Source: an uncultured Gammaproteobacteria bacterium (GTDB lineage Bacteria > Patescibacteriota > Patescibacteriia > UBA1558 > GWA2-36-10). From it: DNA of 58,476 nucleotides. The position numbers were made by a program, and so were the translations under genes. The notes below the pieces were generated by a model, which worked only from the letters and a program-made list of their open reading frames with translations, was not told where the DNA came from and did not search any database. Positions 36,150-48,137 of this stretch are shown here, one piece after another. The DNA is taken from contig CAYMZA010000001.1 in NCBI GenBank assembly GCA_964394835.1, forward strand, positions 1 through 58,476, in the 5' to 3' direction. Position 1 is the stretch's first letter, and each line of letters opens with the position of its first letter.

Positions 36150-38327
36150 TTATTCTAGACCATCTTCTAAATCTTCCTCTTCACTATCAAGTACTGAAGA
36201 AAAATTCTCTTCTAAATCTTCTTGTGATATTAAAACCTCACGAGCCTTAGACCCTTCAGCAGGACCAACCACTCCCATTTCTTCTAAGGAGTCTAGCAAA
36301 GACGCTGCTCTTGGATAACCTATTCTTAAATGCCTTTGTAATAATGTTGCTGATGCCTTACCTGCTTTTAGCACAATTTCTTTTGCCTCTTCCATAAAAG
36401 AATCTTCGTTGTCGCCACCAACACTAAAGCCATGTACACGACTTGTTGTTTTCTCTATAATACTATCGTCGTATTCTGGTTCAGCTTGTCCTTTAAGGTG
36501 GTTAACAACGCTTGTAACCTCTTCGTCTGTAATATATGCACCTTGAATCCTTTTTGGTTTAGAAGCGTCTGAGGTTACAAATAGCATATCACCATTTCCT
36601 AATAGTTTTTCTGCACCTGAAGAATCTAATATTGTCTTAGAGTCTGTAGCAGAAGCAACTGCAAATGCGATTCTTGATGGCATATTTGCTTTTATAAGGC
36701 CTGTTATAACATCAACAGAAGGTCGTTGTGTCGCTAGTATCAAGTGTATGCCCGCTGCTCTACCTAGTTGGGCTAAGCTTACTACAGCAGCCTCTATTTC
36801 CTTTGAAGCAAGAGACATTAATGCAGAGAATTCGTCAATAACAACTACTATATATGATAGTTTGTTTACTATTACTGCTTTATTATAGCTAAGTATATTT
36901 TTTTTCTTTGCTGCTTGTAATAACTTATATCTTTCTTGCATTGTTTTTATAACCCAACGTAAAGCAGTAATTGCTTTATCTGTATCATTGATTACTGGGG
37001 TTATTAAATGAGGTATGTCTTGAAAGCTTGCTAATTCTACTCTTTTTGGATCTATTAATATAAAATTTAACTCTTTGTGAGAATATTGGTGTATTAAACC
37101 AACAATAATATTATTAATAGCTACTGACTTACCAGAATTAGTTGCCCCAGCTATTAACAAGTGTGGCATTTTGGTTAAATCTGCAACAATAGATTCTCCA
37201 GATACATTTTTACCTAATGTTAATTTTAAGTTTCCTTTGTGCTTTTTATATGCGTTACTTTCTAAAACACTTTTAAGTTTAACTGTGGAAACTGTATGAT
37301 TTGGTACTTCAATACCGACTAATGATTTACCTGGTATGGGTGCTTCCATACGAAGAGGATGCGCGGCTAATGATAGTGCAATATCGTTTTGCAGTGTTAA
37401 CATCTGAGATAAACGAACACCGTCAGCAGGACGTAAAGTATACTGTGTAACAGTAGGACCAACATTAACATCAACCATGCTTACTTCTATTCCAAAACTA
37501 TCAAATGTTTTTTGTATTTTGTTCATATTAGCTTTAATATCACCCGAGTCTGGTTTAGTAGAAGAATCTGACAACAAGCTAAGTGGAATTTCTATTTTAG
37601 TATTTTGTTTTTCTTTTACTTCTTGTTCTTCATCATATTCATACTCAATATTTATTTTTTCTTCTAATTCATCCTCTGGAGCATCTATAGTTTCCTCTTC
37701 AATAACCTCTTCTTCTGGTTCATCTTCTAGTTCGTTCTCTTCATTGTCTGCATAATCATATTCATCTTGGTCTGGTAAAAACTTTTCTTTCAAAATACCA
37801 GCTGATTTAGCCCTTTCTTTTATATCATTGAAAGAAGTATTAAAGGCTAAAAATATACCTATTAAAAATATAGCTATTAATATTATTAATGCGCCCCAAA
37901 TACCAAGAATAGCTTCTAATGACCCTCCAACAGCAAAGCCAAAAGCACCACCACCTATTCCTTCTTTTGTAATCTCTATAAAAGTAAATTCATTAACAAG
38001 AAAATTTAAAAGGCCAGTAATGGATACAACTATCATAGACAACCCAATGTATATTGTTTTTCTTAAAAACTCTTTTCTAGTTTTAAATAATATATACCCT
38101 AATATTAATAATATTAAGATAAAGACAATGTCTGCTGAACCAAACAAATACCCAAGAACAATATTTAACATCTGACCTAATCTACCCGCTAAATCAAATA
38201 TTGATAATAATCCTAGAAAGGCAATAACAAAGATTATAATTGTAAAAATTCCACTCTTAGCCTCACTGCTTAAATGCCAACTTTCTTGTTTTTTTTCTTT
38301 TTTGTATCTTTTATTTTTTTTCCTCAT
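36150..38327 (-). CDS. ftsK: DNA translocase FtsK/SpoIIIE
   Basis: N-terminal TM helices, an acidic linker (DEYDYADNEENELEDEPEEE...), Walker A LLIAGATNSGKSVAIN, and the gamma winged-helix LLQRHLRIGYPRAASLLDSLEEMGVVGP. The start at 38327 (MRKKNK) is preferred; candidate promoter TTGTAA-16-TATACT lies upstream of it. Confidence 0.95.
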   Translation of the reverse strand: MRKKNKRYKKEKKQESWHLSSEAKSGIFTIIIFVIAFLGLLSIFDLAGRLGQMLNIVLGYLFGSADIVFILILLILGYILFKTRKEFLRKTIYIGLSMIVVSITGLLNFLVNEFTFIEITKEGIGGGAFGFAVGGSLEAILGIWGALIILIAIFLIGIFLAFNTSFNDIKERAKSAGILKEKFLPDQDEYDYADNEENELEDEPEEEVIEEETIDAPEDELEEKINIEYEYDEEQEVKEKQNTKIEIPLSLLSDSSTKPDSGDIKANMNKIQKTFDSFGIEVSMVDVNVGPTVTQYTLRPADGVRLSQMLTLQNDIALSLAAHPLRMEAPIPGKSLVGIEVPNHTVSTVKLKSVLESNAYKKHKGNLKLTLGKNVSGESIVADLTKMPHLLIAGATNSGKSVAINNIIVGLIHQYSHKELNFILIDPKRVELASFQDIPHLITPVINDTDKAITALRWVIKTMQERYKLLQAAKKKNILSYNKAVIVNKLSYIVVVIDEFSALMSLASKEIEAAVVSLAQLGRAAGIHLILATQRPSVDVITGLIKANMPSRIAFAVASATDSKTILDSSGAEKLLGNGDMLFVTSDASKPKRIQGAYITDEEVTSVVNHLKGQAEPEYDDSIIEKTTSRVHGFSVGGDNEDSFMEEAKEIVLKAGKASATLLQRHLRIGYPRAASLLDSLEEMGVVGPAEGSKAREVLISQEDLEENFSSVLDSEEEDLEDGLE

Positions 38328-38384
38328 ATTATAATTACACAACCTATTAAGTATAATGTATTTTACCATATTTACAAGTAAAAA

Positions 38385-38417
38385 TAAAGCAAAAACAACC
38401 CCTAAAATAAGGGGTTG
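38385..38417 (-). terminator. rho-independent terminator of rpoC
   Basis: Minus strand reads CAACCCC-ttatttta-GGGGTTG followed by TTTTTGCTTTATTTTT. Confidence 0.82.
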
Positions 38418-38444
38418 CTGTTTGTTTTTATCTCTTTTATATAT

Positions 38445-41400
38445 CTACTTCTTAAATCCTGTACCAGCTGGTATCTTTCTACCTATAATAACATTTTCTT
38501 TAAGTCCTCTTAGGTGGTCTACTTTACCCGTAATAGCAGCATCAATTAAAACTCTTGCTGTTTCTTGGAAAGATGCTGCTGATAAGAAAGAGTCTGATGT
38601 TAGTGCGGCCTTTGTAATACCTAATAACAATATCTCTCCTGTTGCTTTTTCACCTTTTACACCATCATTAATTTCGCTAAAATGAGCAGAGGTTATAATT
38701 TCTCCTGGTAATAGGTTGGTGTCTCCAATGTTTGTAACTAAAATCTTAGAAAACATTTGTCTAGCTATCAACTCCACATGCTTATCATTTAAATTCTGTC
38801 CTTGAGAAGAATAAATATGTTTAATCTCTTTTATAATATACTTTTGAACATCTATTTTTTCTTTTAAGGAATACAATTCCCTAAGATCAATACTACCATC
38901 TGTCATTTCTTGTCCCTCGTTTACAATATCTTTGTTTTTAACCCATAAATTATAGCCTGCGGGAACAATAACCTCTACTGGTTCATTCTCACTACTAATA
39001 ATTTTCAGTTCTTTCTTGCTTAATTTAACAAGTCCGTTTAAATTAGTTCTGATTGACTTTTTATTAACAATTAAAACTGTTTGTTCTTTTTTAACTTCTT
39101 CACCATCTTCAACTTTAATTTCTGTTTTAGGGTCTATATCATATGTTTCAATTCTGGTTTCTTGTGGAATTATTTTAATAATTTTCTGTTCTTTAGATAC
39201 TAATTTGTCTCCATCATCAAATTCTACTATACCTGCTACTGGTGCAAGAATAGCTTTTTTCTTAGGGTTCCTAGCTTCAAGAAGCTCTTCTACTCTTGGC
39301 AGACCCTGTGTGATATCACCACCTGCTACACCACCAGTGTGAAATGTTCTCATTGTTAACTGTGTGCCTGGCTCTCCAATACTTTGTGCCGCCACAACAC
39401 CAACCGCTGTACCTATTTCTACTGGTTTATTATACCCAAGATCATAACCATAACACTTCTGACACAAACCACGAGAAGATTTACAAGTTAACAAAGATCT
39501 TATTTTTACATAATTAATATCAATATCACTAATTTTTTCTACGTCCTTTTTATTAACAAGTATTCCTTTTTTAATTAAAATCTTTTTTGTTTTGGGGTCT
39601 CTAATTTCTTCTGCTAAAATACGACCTATTATCCTTTCTGCTAGTGTTTCATTAATTTCTTTACTTTCTTCTTTTGTAATAATTAAACCATCCTTATCTT
39701 TACAATCCTTTTCTAAAATAACTTGATCTTGAGAAACATCAACAAGTCTTCTTGTTAAATATCCCGCACTAGCTGTACGTAAGGCAGTGTCTGATAACCC
39801 CTTACGCGTTCCATGTGTTGATATAAAATATTCCAAAACATCAAGACCTTCCTGAAAATTAGCCTTTACAGGCAATTCAATAATATCGCCAGAAGGACTA
39901 ACAACTAATCCTTTCATACCCATAATTTGAATTATCTGTGACCATGTTCCTCTTGCTCCAGAACTAATTATACCAGCAACAGAACTCTGTGGATTAAATA
40001 TTTTTTGACTTTCTTCTGTAATATTATTTTTAACACCTGACCAAACCTCAATAATTTTTACATATTTTTCTTTATTGGTTAATAGACCATTATTATATTG
40101 TTCTTTAATTTCTTCTACGTTTTTTTCTCCTTTTTTAATTAAAGATTCTTTTATTTTTAATTTAGGAACATCATTCATTCCCCATGATAGTCCTGAAAGA
40201 GTAATATATTTAAATGACGTTTCTTTCGTTTTGTCTAATAATACAATGGTATCTTTATATGAAAAACGTCTAAAAGACTCTGCTACTACTTTCTTTTGTT
40301 CTCTTTTGTCTAACGCCTTATTAATATATGCCATTTTTTTAGGCAACACCCTATTAAATAAAATACGACCAATGGATGTTTCTAATATCTTATTATCTTC
40401 TCTGGCTATTCTTACTTTTATAGGTTCTTGTAGTTTTATAACTTCCATAGAAAATGCTCTTTCTGCCTCTTCTTCATCAGAAAATATTTTAGTAGCCTTA
40501 TCTTTATCATTTATATATGTTAGGTAATAAGAACCCCAAACCATATCTTGGCTTGGTACTGTTACAGGATCTCCAGTTGCTGGTTTTAACAAATTATTAG
40601 TAGATAACATTAATGTAGCCGCTTCTTTCTTAGCGTCTTCTGTTATTGGAACATGAACAGCCATCTGATCTCCATCAAAGTCAGCATTAAAAGCAGAGCA
40701 AACTAATGGGTGTAGTTGTATTGCTTTACCCTCTATTAATACTGGTTGAAAAGATTGAATGCCTAAACGATGTAAAGTAGGAGCACGATTTAACATAACA
40801 TGAGCTTCTTTAATAACATCCTCTAAAATAGCCCAAACCTCTGGATGACTAGCTTCAATATATCTATTTGCACTTCTTACATTATGAACTAACTCTTGTT
40901 TTATTAACTTAGAAATTACAAAAGGGCGGAACAATTCTAATGCCATAGTTTTTGGTAGTCCGCATTGATGTAATTTTAAATGAGGGCCAACAACAATAAC
41001 TGAACGACCAGAATAATCAACTCTTTTGCCTAAAAGGTTTTGACGAAAACGACCCTGCTTACCTTTTAACATATCTGCAATACTTTTTAGAGTTCTTTTT
41101 TGTCCAGTAGCAGCTGTTACTGTTTTACCGTGACGAGCATTGTTGTCTATTAAAGCATCTACCGCTTCTTGCAACATTCTTTTCTCGTTTCTTTGAATAA
41201 CCTCAGGAGCGTTTAAAGCTTTTAATCTTTTTAAACGATTATTACGATTAATTACCCTTCTGTATAGATCGTTAAGATCTGAAGATGCAAATCGCCCTCC
41301 ATCCAACTGCACCATTGGTCTTAAGTCTGGTGGTATAACTGGAACAGCTGTTAATACCATCCACTCTGGTTTAATATTATTTGTTAACAGACTTTTAATT

Positions 41401-42326
41401 AATCTAGATCTTTTTATTAACTTCTTTTTCTTAGAGACAATTGATGTTTCAATTTCTTTTTCTAAATAATTATATGTCTCTTTTAAATTTACGCTTTTTA
41501 AAAGCCTTCTAATTGCTTCTGCGCCAATACTTGCCTCAAAAACATGACCATATCGTAATGCTAGTTCTTGGTATTTTGTTTCTGAAACAATTTGTAACTC
41601 TTTAAGTGTTTTAAGTTCTTTAAGTGCTGTGTCTGCTGCCTCTTCTAATGTTTTAATTTTATCTATCTTGGCAACATTTAAGTTCATCAATTCTTGCTCT
41701 GTTTCTTTTGCAACCTTTTCTTTTTTTTCTCCATTAGCTATGAACTTAACCTTTTTATCGTTTCTTTCTTTTATTCTTTGTTTAAACTCATTATTGATTT
41801 GTTTTCTTTTGCTGTCTAATTCATTTTTAATTTGCTCTATTGTTGTTTTTCTTTCCTTTTCATCTACCTTGGTTATTATAAAAGATGCAAAATAAATAAC
41901 CTTTTCTAATGACTGTACGCTTAAATCAAGTATCAACCCTATCTTTGAAGGCACGCCTCTTAAAAACCAAATGTGTGAAACTGGAACAGCTAAATCAATG
42001 TGACCCATATGCTCACGTCTTACTATTGCTCTAGTCACTTCCACACCACACTTATCACAAGTAACTCCTTTGTGTTTTATTCTCTTGTACTTACCACAAT
42101 AGCATTCCCAATCTTTTGTAGGGCCAAATATTTTTTCACAAAATAGTCCATCTTTTTCTGGTTTTTGTGTACGATAGTTAATTGTTTCTGGTTTTAACAC
42201 TTCTCCAAAAGACCACTTATATATATCTTCTGGTGAGGCTAATTTTAATTTAATGGCATCAAAGTCTAAGACGGTGTTTTTGTCTCTTGCCATAAACGTT
42301 GTTTTTGTTGATGATGGTGTAGGCAT
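38445..42326 (-). CDS. rpoC: DNA-directed RNA polymerase subunit beta'
   Basis: 1293 aa. Zn-binding [20 protein letters not shown]. Catalytic [14 protein letters not shown]. Confidence 0.99.
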   Translation of the reverse strand: MPTPSSTKTTFMARDKNTVLDFDAIKLKLASPEDIYKWSFGEVLKPETINYRTQKPEKDGLFCEKIFGPTKDWECYCGKYKRIKHKGVTCDKCGVEVTRAIVRREHMGHIDLAVPVSHIWFLRGVPSKIGLILDLSVQSLEKVIYFASFIITKVDEKERKTTIEQIKNELDSKRKQINNEFKQRIKERNDKKVKFIANGEKKEKVAKETEQELMNLNVAKIDKIKTLEEAADTALKELKTLKELQIVSETKYQELALRYGHVFEASIGAEAIRRLLKSVNLKETYNYLEKEIETSIVSKKKKLIKRSRLIKSLLTNNIKPEWMVLTAVPVIPPDLRPMVQLDGGRFASSDLNDLYRRVINRNNRLKRLKALNAPEVIQRNEKRMLQEAVDALIDNNARHGKTVTAATGQKRTLKSIADMLKGKQGRFRQNLLGKRVDYSGRSVIVVGPHLKLHQCGLPKTMALELFRPFVISKLIKQELVHNVRSANRYIEASHPEVWAILEDVIKEAHVMLNRAPTLHRLGIQSFQPVLIEGKAIQLHPLVCSAFNADFDGDQMAVHVPITEDAKKEAATLMLSTNNLLKPATGDPVTVPSQDMVWGSYYLTYINDKDKATKIFSDEEEAERAFSMEVIKLQEPIKVRIAREDNKILETSIGRILFNRVLPKKMAYINKALDKREQKKVVAESFRRFSYKDTIVLLDKTKETSFKYITLSGLSWGMNDVPKLKIKESLIKKGEKNVEEIKEQYNNGLLTNKEKYVKIIEVWSGVKNNITEESQKIFNPQSSVAGIISSGARGTWSQIIQIMGMKGLVVSPSGDIIELPVKANFQEGLDVLEYFISTHGTRKGLSDTALRTASAGYLTRRLVDVSQDQVILEKDCKDKDGLIITKEESKEINETLAERIIGRILAEEIRDPKTKKILIKKGILVNKKDVEKISDIDINYVKIRSLLTCKSSRGLCQKCYGYDLGYNKPVEIGTAVGVVAAQSIGEPGTQLTMRTFHTGGVAGGDITQGLPRVEELLEARNPKKKAILAPVAGIVEFDDGDKLVSKEQKIIKIIPQETRIETYDIDPKTEIKVEDGEEVKKEQTVLIVNKKSIRTNLNGLVKLSKKELKIISSENEPVEVIVPAGYNLWVKNKDIVNEGQEMTDGSIDLRELYSLKEKIDVQKYIIKEIKHIYSSQGQNLNDKHVELIARQMFSKILVTNIGDTNLLPGEIITSAHFSEINDGVKGEKATGEILLLGITKAALTSDSFLSAASFQETARVLIDAAITGKVDHLRGLKENVIIGRKIPAGTGFKK

Positions 42327-42351
42327 ATATTTAAATTATGTTTTATTTATA

Positions 42352-45300
42352 TTACTCTTTTTTATCTTTATTTGGTGCTTCTTTTTCTACTAAATCAACC
42401 TTACTATAACTAGTGTCTTCTATTTTCCTTTGTCTTTCACCAATTAATTCAACATCTAAACCAAGGCCTTTTAATTCTCTAACCAACACATTAAATGATT
42501 CTGGTATATCCAACCTTTTGATTTCTTCTCCTTTTATTATAGCTTCATAGGCCTTAGATCTTCCTAATACATCGTCAGACTTAATAGTAATCATTTCTTG
42601 TAGCGTACTAGCTGCACCATACGCCTCTAACGCCCATACTTCCATTTCTCCAAACCTTTGACCACCAAACTGTGCCTTACCTCCTAATGGTTGTTGTGTA
42701 ACCAAAGAATAAGGACCTATAGATCGTTGATGTATTTTATCTTCTACTAAATGATTTAATTTTAACATATAAGCATAACCAACTGTTGTTTTATTATCAA
42801 ATGGTTTACCTGTTCTTCCATCACATAATTGAAGTTTACCATCTTCTGGGAAACCTGCTTTTTTCAATTCTTCTTTAATTTTTTCTTCTGAAATTCCATT
42901 TAATGCTGGTGCTGCTACATTATATCCAAGCTTATTAGCGGCTAAGCCTAAATGAACTTCTAATAACTGACCTAGGTTCATTCTAGATATAACACCTAAA
43001 GGATTTAAAATTATATCAACGGGTGTACCATCTTCTAAAAATGGCATATCAGAGTCCGGAACAATTCTGGATATAACACCTTTATTACCGTGTCTACCTG
43101 CCATCTTATCACCTATTTGTATTCTTCTAAGCTGGGCTACTGTTACCTGTATTGTTTTAATAACTCCAGCTGGAAGCTTATCACCCTTATCTCTAGAAAA
43201 TACCTTTATGTCTATAATCTTACCCCTTTCTCCATGTTTTAAATACAAAGAAGTGTCTCTAACATCTTTAGCCTTTTCACCAAATATTGCTCTTAATAGT
43301 TTTTCTTCAGCTGAAAGTTCTGTTTCTCCTTTTGGTGTTATTTTTCCTACTAAAATATCCCCAGAAGAAACGTTAGCGCCAATTCTTACAATGCCCTCTC
43401 TGTCTAAATCTTTTAATTTTTCCTCACTTACATTAGGGATGTCTCTGGTTATTTCTTCTGGTCCAAGTTTAGTATCTCTAATATCAATTGAATAGTCTTC
43501 AATTGTAATAGATGTATAATTATCATTTCTAACTACTCTTTCTGAAATTAAAATAGCGTCCTCATAATTACCACCAGACCAAGTCATGTATGCTACAAGC
43601 ATATTTTGTCCTAATGCAAGTTCACCATGGTCTGTTGCGGCACCATCAGCAATAACCTGACCCTTTTTAATCTTGTCTTTTTTATCAACAATTGTATGTT
43701 GATTCATGCTTGTAGAAGTATTAGATCTAGAAAACTTATTTAACCTATATGTCTCAACGCTTCCTTTTTTACTAGTAACCTCAATTGTATTACTATCCAC
43801 CATGGTAACAACACCATCTTCTTTTGCTAGAATAACTTGCCCAGAGTCAGCCGCTGCCTTAGACTCAACACCAGTGCCAACAATAGGTGCTTGTGGTCTA
43901 ATAACTGAAACTGACTGTCTTTGCATGTTTGTTCCCATTAAAGCACGAACAGCGTCATCATGTTCTAAAAATGGTATTAAAGATGTCGCGATACTAATAA
44001 TTTGATTAGGTGCAACATCCATTAAGTCTATCTTTTCTACTTTTTCATAACTAGGTTGACCATTAATTCTAATATCGGCATATTCTTCTACAAAATATCC
44101 GTTATCATCAATAATTGTAGTGGCTGCGGTTGTGTTATATTTCTCTTCTTCAAAAGCATCTAAATATACTATTTCATTAGTAACAATTGGTTTTATTGGA
44201 ATTATTTCTAAATCTGTCTTAGATATCTCTTTTGCTTTAGTTGCGTTAATTGTTTCTCCAGCAACAACAATGGTATTTTTTGTTTTATGGTTTTTTATAT
44301 CAACCCTAGCTATTTTTCCTGTAATTATTTTAATACTATTATCTACGTCGTGTAAAACTCTTCTAAACGGTGTTTCTAAAAACCCAAAATCATTAACCCT
44401 AGCATATGAAGCTAAGTGTCCTACTAAACCAATATTAGGTCCTTCTGAGGTGGCTATTGGACAAATTCTTCCATAATGAGTTCTATGTACATCCCTAACC
44501 TCAAAACCAGCCCTTTCCCTTGACAGTCCTCCAGGCCCCATGGCTGATAAACGTCTTTTATGTTCTAGCTCTGCTAATGGGTTTACTTGATCCATGAACT
44601 GAGAAAGTTGAGAGCTCATAAAAAACTCTTTAACAACTCCTATTACTGGCCTAGCGTTGATAAGTTGGTTAGGTGTTAAATTAACCATATCAAGGGTACT
44701 CATTCTATCTTTAATTATTCTTTCCATTCTAGCTAGCCCTATTCTAAGTCTATTTTGAATAAGTTCACCAACAGACCTTACTCTACGATTTCCTAAATGA
44801 TCAATATCATCTGCTTCATCTTGAGACAAATTAAGTCTAATTATTTCTTTTACAACTAAAACCAAGTCTTCTTTTCTTAAAATTCTTGTTTCTTTGTTGT
44901 TTGGAACATCAAGGGAAAATCGTGCATTTATTTTATACCTACCAACACGACTAAAATCATAACGATCAAAATCAAAAAACATAGAGTGTATTAAACTCTT
45001 AGCATTTTCTGTAGTAGCTAAATCACCAGGTCTAATACGTTTATATATTTCTTTTAGTCCTTCTGCTTCATTACTTGAAACATCCTTTTCTATCGTTGTT
45101 TTAATAAAACTTACTTCTGGGTGATTATCAACATCTTTAAACAAGTCTATTATTTCCTTATCGCTATCATACCCAAACGCTCTTAATAGTGCTGTTACTG
45201 GGACTTTTCTTTTCCTATCAATTTTTACATAAATAATATTATTACCATCTGTCTCTATTTCTAACCAAGCTCCTCTGTTTGGAATAACCTTAGCACCATA

Positions 45301-45756
45301 ACAACTTCTTCCTTTAAGTGTTTCGGAAGAAAAAAACACGCCAGGGCTTCTAATTAATTGGGAAACAATAACCCTTTCTACTCCGTTTATAATAAAAGTT
45401 CCTCTTTCAGTCATTAAAGGAAAGTCTCCTAGATATATCTCTTGCTCTTTAACCTCATTGGTTCTTTTATTGTTTAAACGAATATTGACTCTTAAGGGAG
45501 CTTCATATGTAATGTTTTTATTTTTTGCTTCTACCTCATTAAACTTAGCTTCGTCTAAATAATGTTCCAAAAAAGAAAGCTCTAAATCTCTTCCTATAAA
45601 GTCTTTAATAGGGGAGACTTCTTCAAAAAGTTCTTTTAGTCCTTTTTCAAGAAACCATGTGTATGACTTCTTTTGTACTTCTATTAAATCTGGAAGACTA
45701 ACAGCCTCTCGTAACGGTGTGAAAAATTTACGAGTTTGTGTTTTTGCTTGGGACAT
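42352..45756 (-). CDS. rpoB: DNA-directed RNA polymerase subunit beta
   Basis: 1134 aa. [37 protein letters not shown]. Confidence 0.99.
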   Translation of the reverse strand: MSQAKTQTRKFFTPLREAVSLPDLIEVQKKSYTWFLEKGLKELFEEVSPIKDFIGRDLELSFLEHYLDEAKFNEVEAKNKNITYEAPLRVNIRLNNKRTNEVKEQEIYLGDFPLMTERGTFIINGVERVIVSQLIRSPGVFFSSETLKGRSCYGAKVIPNRGAWLEIETDGNNIIYVKIDRKRKVPVTALLRAFGYDSDKEIIDLFKDVDNHPEVSFIKTTIEKDVSSNEAEGLKEIYKRIRPGDLATTENAKSLIHSMFFDFDRYDFSRVGRYKINARFSLDVPNNKETRILRKEDLVLVVKEIIRLNLSQDEADDIDHLGNRRVRSVGELIQNRLRIGLARMERIIKDRMSTLDMVNLTPNQLINARPVIGVVKEFFMSSQLSQFMDQVNPLAELEHKRRLSAMGPGGLSRERAGFEVRDVHRTHYGRICPIATSEGPNIGLVGHLASYARVNDFGFLETPFRRVLHDVDNSIKIITGKIARVDIKNHKTKNTIVVAGETINATKAKEISKTDLEIIPIKPIVTNEIVYLDAFEEEKYNTTAATTIIDDNGYFVEEYADIRINGQPSYEKVEKIDLMDVAPNQIISIATSLIPFLEHDDAVRALMGTNMQRQSVSVIRPQAPIVGTGVESKAAADSGQVILAKEDGVVTMVDSNTIEVTSKKGSVETYRLNKFSRSNTSTSMNQHTIVDKKDKIKKGQVIADGAATDHGELALGQNMLVAYMTWSGGNYEDAILISERVVRNDNYTSITIEDYSIDIRDTKLGPEEITRDIPNVSEEKLKDLDREGIVRIGANVSSGDILVGKITPKGETELSAEEKLLRAIFGEKAKDVRDTSLYLKHGERGKIIDIKVFSRDKGDKLPAGVIKTIQVTVAQLRRIQIGDKMAGRHGNKGVISRIVPDSDMPFLEDGTPVDIILNPLGVISRMNLGQLLEVHLGLAANKLGYNVAAPALNGISEEKIKEELKKAGFPEDGKLQLCDGRTGKPFDNKTTVGYAYMLKLNHLVEDKIHQRSIGPYSLVTQQPLGGKAQFGGQRFGEMEVWALEAYGAASTLQEMITIKSDDVLGRSKAYEAIIKGEEIKRLDIPESFNVLVRELKGLGLDVELIGERQRKIEDTSYSKVDLVEKEAPNKDKKE

Positions 45757-45827
45757 ATATTGTTTGCTAATTAATTAGTCAAGACTTGTATAAAAGTCTG
45801 TTATATTATTTTATTTATTTCAAACGC

Positions 45828-45860
45828 ACAAAAAATAAACTCACCCCTTTGCGGGTCAGT
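45828..45860 (-). terminator. candidate terminator between the Mur-ligase operon and rpoB
   Basis: Minus strand reads ACTGACCC-gcaaag-GGGTGAGT (one C-C mismatch) followed by TTATTTTTTG. Confidence 0.4.
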
Positions 45861-45915
45861 TATTAAATTTATTATTAGACTAAAATATAATAGTCTTAGA
45901 AAAAATCATAGCTAT

Positions 45916-45944
45916 ATGCTACCAAAAAAAATTACCTTTGTCAA
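45916..45944 (-). promoter_or_regulatory. candidate rpoB promoter P2
   Basis: Minus strand: TTGACA (45939-45944), 17-nt spacer, TAGCAT (45916-45921). Confidence 0.3.
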
Positions 45945-46009
45945 GTGTTTTTGTTTAATATAATAAAAAAGAAAGAATTATTATTTTTTTAGCTAATATA
46001 GGCCACCTT

Positions 46010-46039
46010 ATTATATATATACTTTTAAACACTTGTCAA
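46010..46039 (-). promoter_or_regulatory. candidate rpoB promoter P1 (consensus hexamers)
   Basis: Minus strand: TTGACA (46034-46039), 18-nt spacer, TATAAT (46010-46015). This would give a leader of about 245 nt. Confidence 0.45.
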
Positions 46040-46120
46040 ATTATTTGTTTATTTTATCTTGTTTTAGCAAAGACTATACACATTTATTGCTGTTTACCTA
46101 CAAGTTATCCACAATTATGA

Positions 46121-47419
46121 CTATACTGTGGTGTTTAATGCCCTTTTTACTGCTGTTCTATCGTCCCATTTTAACTTTTTACCGTTAGCAATACAAATAA
46201 ATTGTTCTGATCCTTTCCCAGTTATTAATACTAAATCGTTTTTTTTGGCTAATTTTAGTGCTTTTTCTATTGCTTTACCCCTGTCTTCAATTTTAAATAA
46301 ATCTTTATTTATCTTTTTTCCTGATTTTTCAGCTCCCTTTGCTACATTATTTATAATGTCCATTGGATTATCATCATACGGATCTTCGTTAGTTACAATA
46401 GCTATATCTGCATTATTACCCGCTAAATTACCCAATATGGGTTGTCTAGCCTTATCTCTTCCTCCGCCACAAGAGCCTAAAATATGAATTAGTCTATTCT
46501 TAGGCAAATTTTTTAGTGCTTTATATAATTGTTTTAAACTTTCTGGTTCTGGAGCATAGTCTATTAAAACCTTAAAATCTTGTCTCTGATTAATAAATTC
46601 TTGTCTTCCTGGAACTCCTTTTAATTTACATTTAATAATACTATTCATATTAAAACCCAAAGAAAGTGCTGCTATTATACCTGCTAATACATTATACCCA
46701 TTAAACTCTCCTAAAAATTCTGTTTTTATATCATAGTCATTTAAAGAAAAAGAGACCAAACCATTATCTAATTTTAAAGTTTTTCCCTTGTAATCTGAAT
46801 TATTGTTAAAGCCGTATGTTACAAATTTATCTATTTTATATTTTTTTAATCTTTCTGTTTCTTTATCATCTGCATTGGATATAATAATCTTATCTATTTT
46901 TTTATTATCTATTACTTTCTTTTTACTTTTGCTTAAATGTTCGAATAATTGTTCTTTAGCAGCTCTATAGTTTTCAAAACTACCATGAGCCTCTATGTGC
47001 TCTGGTGTTAGATTTGTAAAAATAACTATATCATAATTAATTCCGCTATGTCTGTGTTGTTCTATGCCCTGTGAAGACGTTTCTATAATCGCATACTTAC
47101 ATTTACTATCTACCATTTGCTTTAATAATTTTTGTGTTTGAAATCTACCAAGCATGGTCATCTTCTTATCATTTAACCATTCTTTATCACCAACCTTAAA
47201 ATTAACAGTAGAAGCTAACCCTGTTTTATCTCCTAAACATTCTAGTAGTTGAGAAATAATGTTTACGGTGGTTGTTTTACCATTTGTACCTGTTACACCT
47301 ATTACTATAATTTTCTTACTGGGATTATTGTAGTATAAAGAAGCTAACTTTGATAAAAACCAATGATATAATAAAATTATTTTCTTTGGTATTATTTTTT
47401 TTATTATTATCTTAATCAT
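46121..47419 (-). CDS. Mur ligase family protein, MurE-like short form
   Basis: VIGVTGTNGKTTT (P-loop), IVTNEDPYDDNP (compare MurE TSDNPR), ITGKGSEQF...WDDRTAVKRAL. The usual N-terminal UDP-binding domain of about 80-100 aa is replaced by a hydrophobic stretch of about 30 aa. Confidence 0.7.
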   Translation of the reverse strand: MIKIIIKKIIPKKIILLYHWFLSKLASLYYNNPSKKIIVIGVTGTNGKTTTVNIISQLLECLGDKTGLASTVNFKVGDKEWLNDKKMTMLGRFQTQKLLKQMVDSKCKYAIIETSSQGIEQHRHSGINYDIVIFTNLTPEHIEAHGSFENYRAAKEQLFEHLSKSKKKVIDNKKIDKIIISNADDKETERLKKYKIDKFVTYGFNNNSDYKGKTLKLDNGLVSFSLNDYDIKTEFLGEFNGYNVLAGIIAALSLGFNMNSIIKCKLKGVPGRQEFINQRQDFKVLIDYAPEPESLKQLYKALKNLPKNRLIHILGSCGGGRDKARQPILGNLAGNNADIAIVTNEDPYDDNPMDIINNVAKGAEKSGKKINKDLFKIEDRGKAIEKALKLAKKNDLVLITGKGSEQFICIANGKKLKWDDRTAVKRALNTTV

Positions 47420-48137
47420 TTTTACTACTTAAATATTCTTCTGCTTTAGTAATATCTTGTGGCTTACCAAAATCTAACCATATACCCCTTAAGTCTTTTA
47501 CTTTCATTTTTCCTTTCTTTGCTAATATATCAACCACATCTGTTAATTCATATTCTCCTCTTGGTGATAAACTAATTTGATCTAAATATTTAAAAACGTC
47601 TGAAGTAAATTTATATAAACCAGTATTAATTAAATTACCAACATATTCTTTTGGTTTTTCTACAATGCCCCTTAAAAGCCCTTTTTCATCTACTTCTAAC
47701 ACGCCGTAGCTTTGTGGTTCCTCGTGTGATAGTCCTGCTATATAACAATAATCATCATCAATATTAAATCTTTTTAGGTCTTCTACTGAGTATAGATTAT
47801 CTCCATAAACAGCTAAAAAGCTTTCGTCCTTTAGAATATTTTTAGTGCACTCCAATGGGCAGGCTGTACCATATCTATCTTCTCCTAATATATCAAACTG
47901 ATTCACTAGGGTTACATTAAATTCTTTACCATAATCTTCTAAAAACTTATCCATAAATTCTTTTTTGTAGCCAACCACCATTATTATTTCTTCAAAACCA
48001 GCTTTTTTTAAATTATTTAATAAATAATATAAAAAAGGTTTTCCATTTACCTCGATTAAATGCTTTGGTTTATCTTTAGCTAAATCTAACATTCTACTAC
48101 CCCTGCCAGCTGCAGAAATTAATACTTTTTTAATCAT
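47412..48137 (-). CDS. sugar-phosphate nucleotidyltransferase
   Basis: KVLISAAGRGSRMLDLAKDKPKHLIEVNGKPFLYYLL (the G-x-G-x-R NTP-transferase motif). Confidence 0.82.
   Translation of the reverse strand: MIKKVLISAAGRGSRMLDLAKDKPKHLIEVNGKPFLYYLLNNLKKAGFEEIIMVVGYKKEFMDKFLEDYGKEFNVTLVNQFDILGEDRYGTACPLECTKNILKDESFLAVYGDNLYSVEDLKRFNIDDDYCYIAGLSHEEPQSYGVLEVDEKGLLRGIVEKPKEYVGNLINTGLYKFTSDVFKYLDQISLSPRGEYELTDVVDILAKKGKMKVKDLRGIWLDFGKPQDITKAEEYLSSKND

Noticed and set aside
36150-38327. FtsK-like ATPase as a VirD4/TraG-type coupling protein for the nearby VirB2-like pilins.
   Set aside because: It has the full housekeeping FtsK architecture: N-terminal TM domain, acidic linker, alpha/beta motor and a C-terminal gamma winged-helix (LLQRHLRIGYPRAASLLDSLEEMGVVGP). 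It sits between rpoC and rodZ/recA, 9 kb away from the pilins.
46105-46113. Perfect DnaA box TTATCCACA just downstream of the Mur-ligase stop codon.
   Set aside because: It is a single isolated copy 7 kb from dnaA. With this base composition I estimate roughly 0.5-1 chance occurrences of this 9-mer (both strands) in 58 kb, so it is not evidence for an origin or for DnaA regulation on its own.
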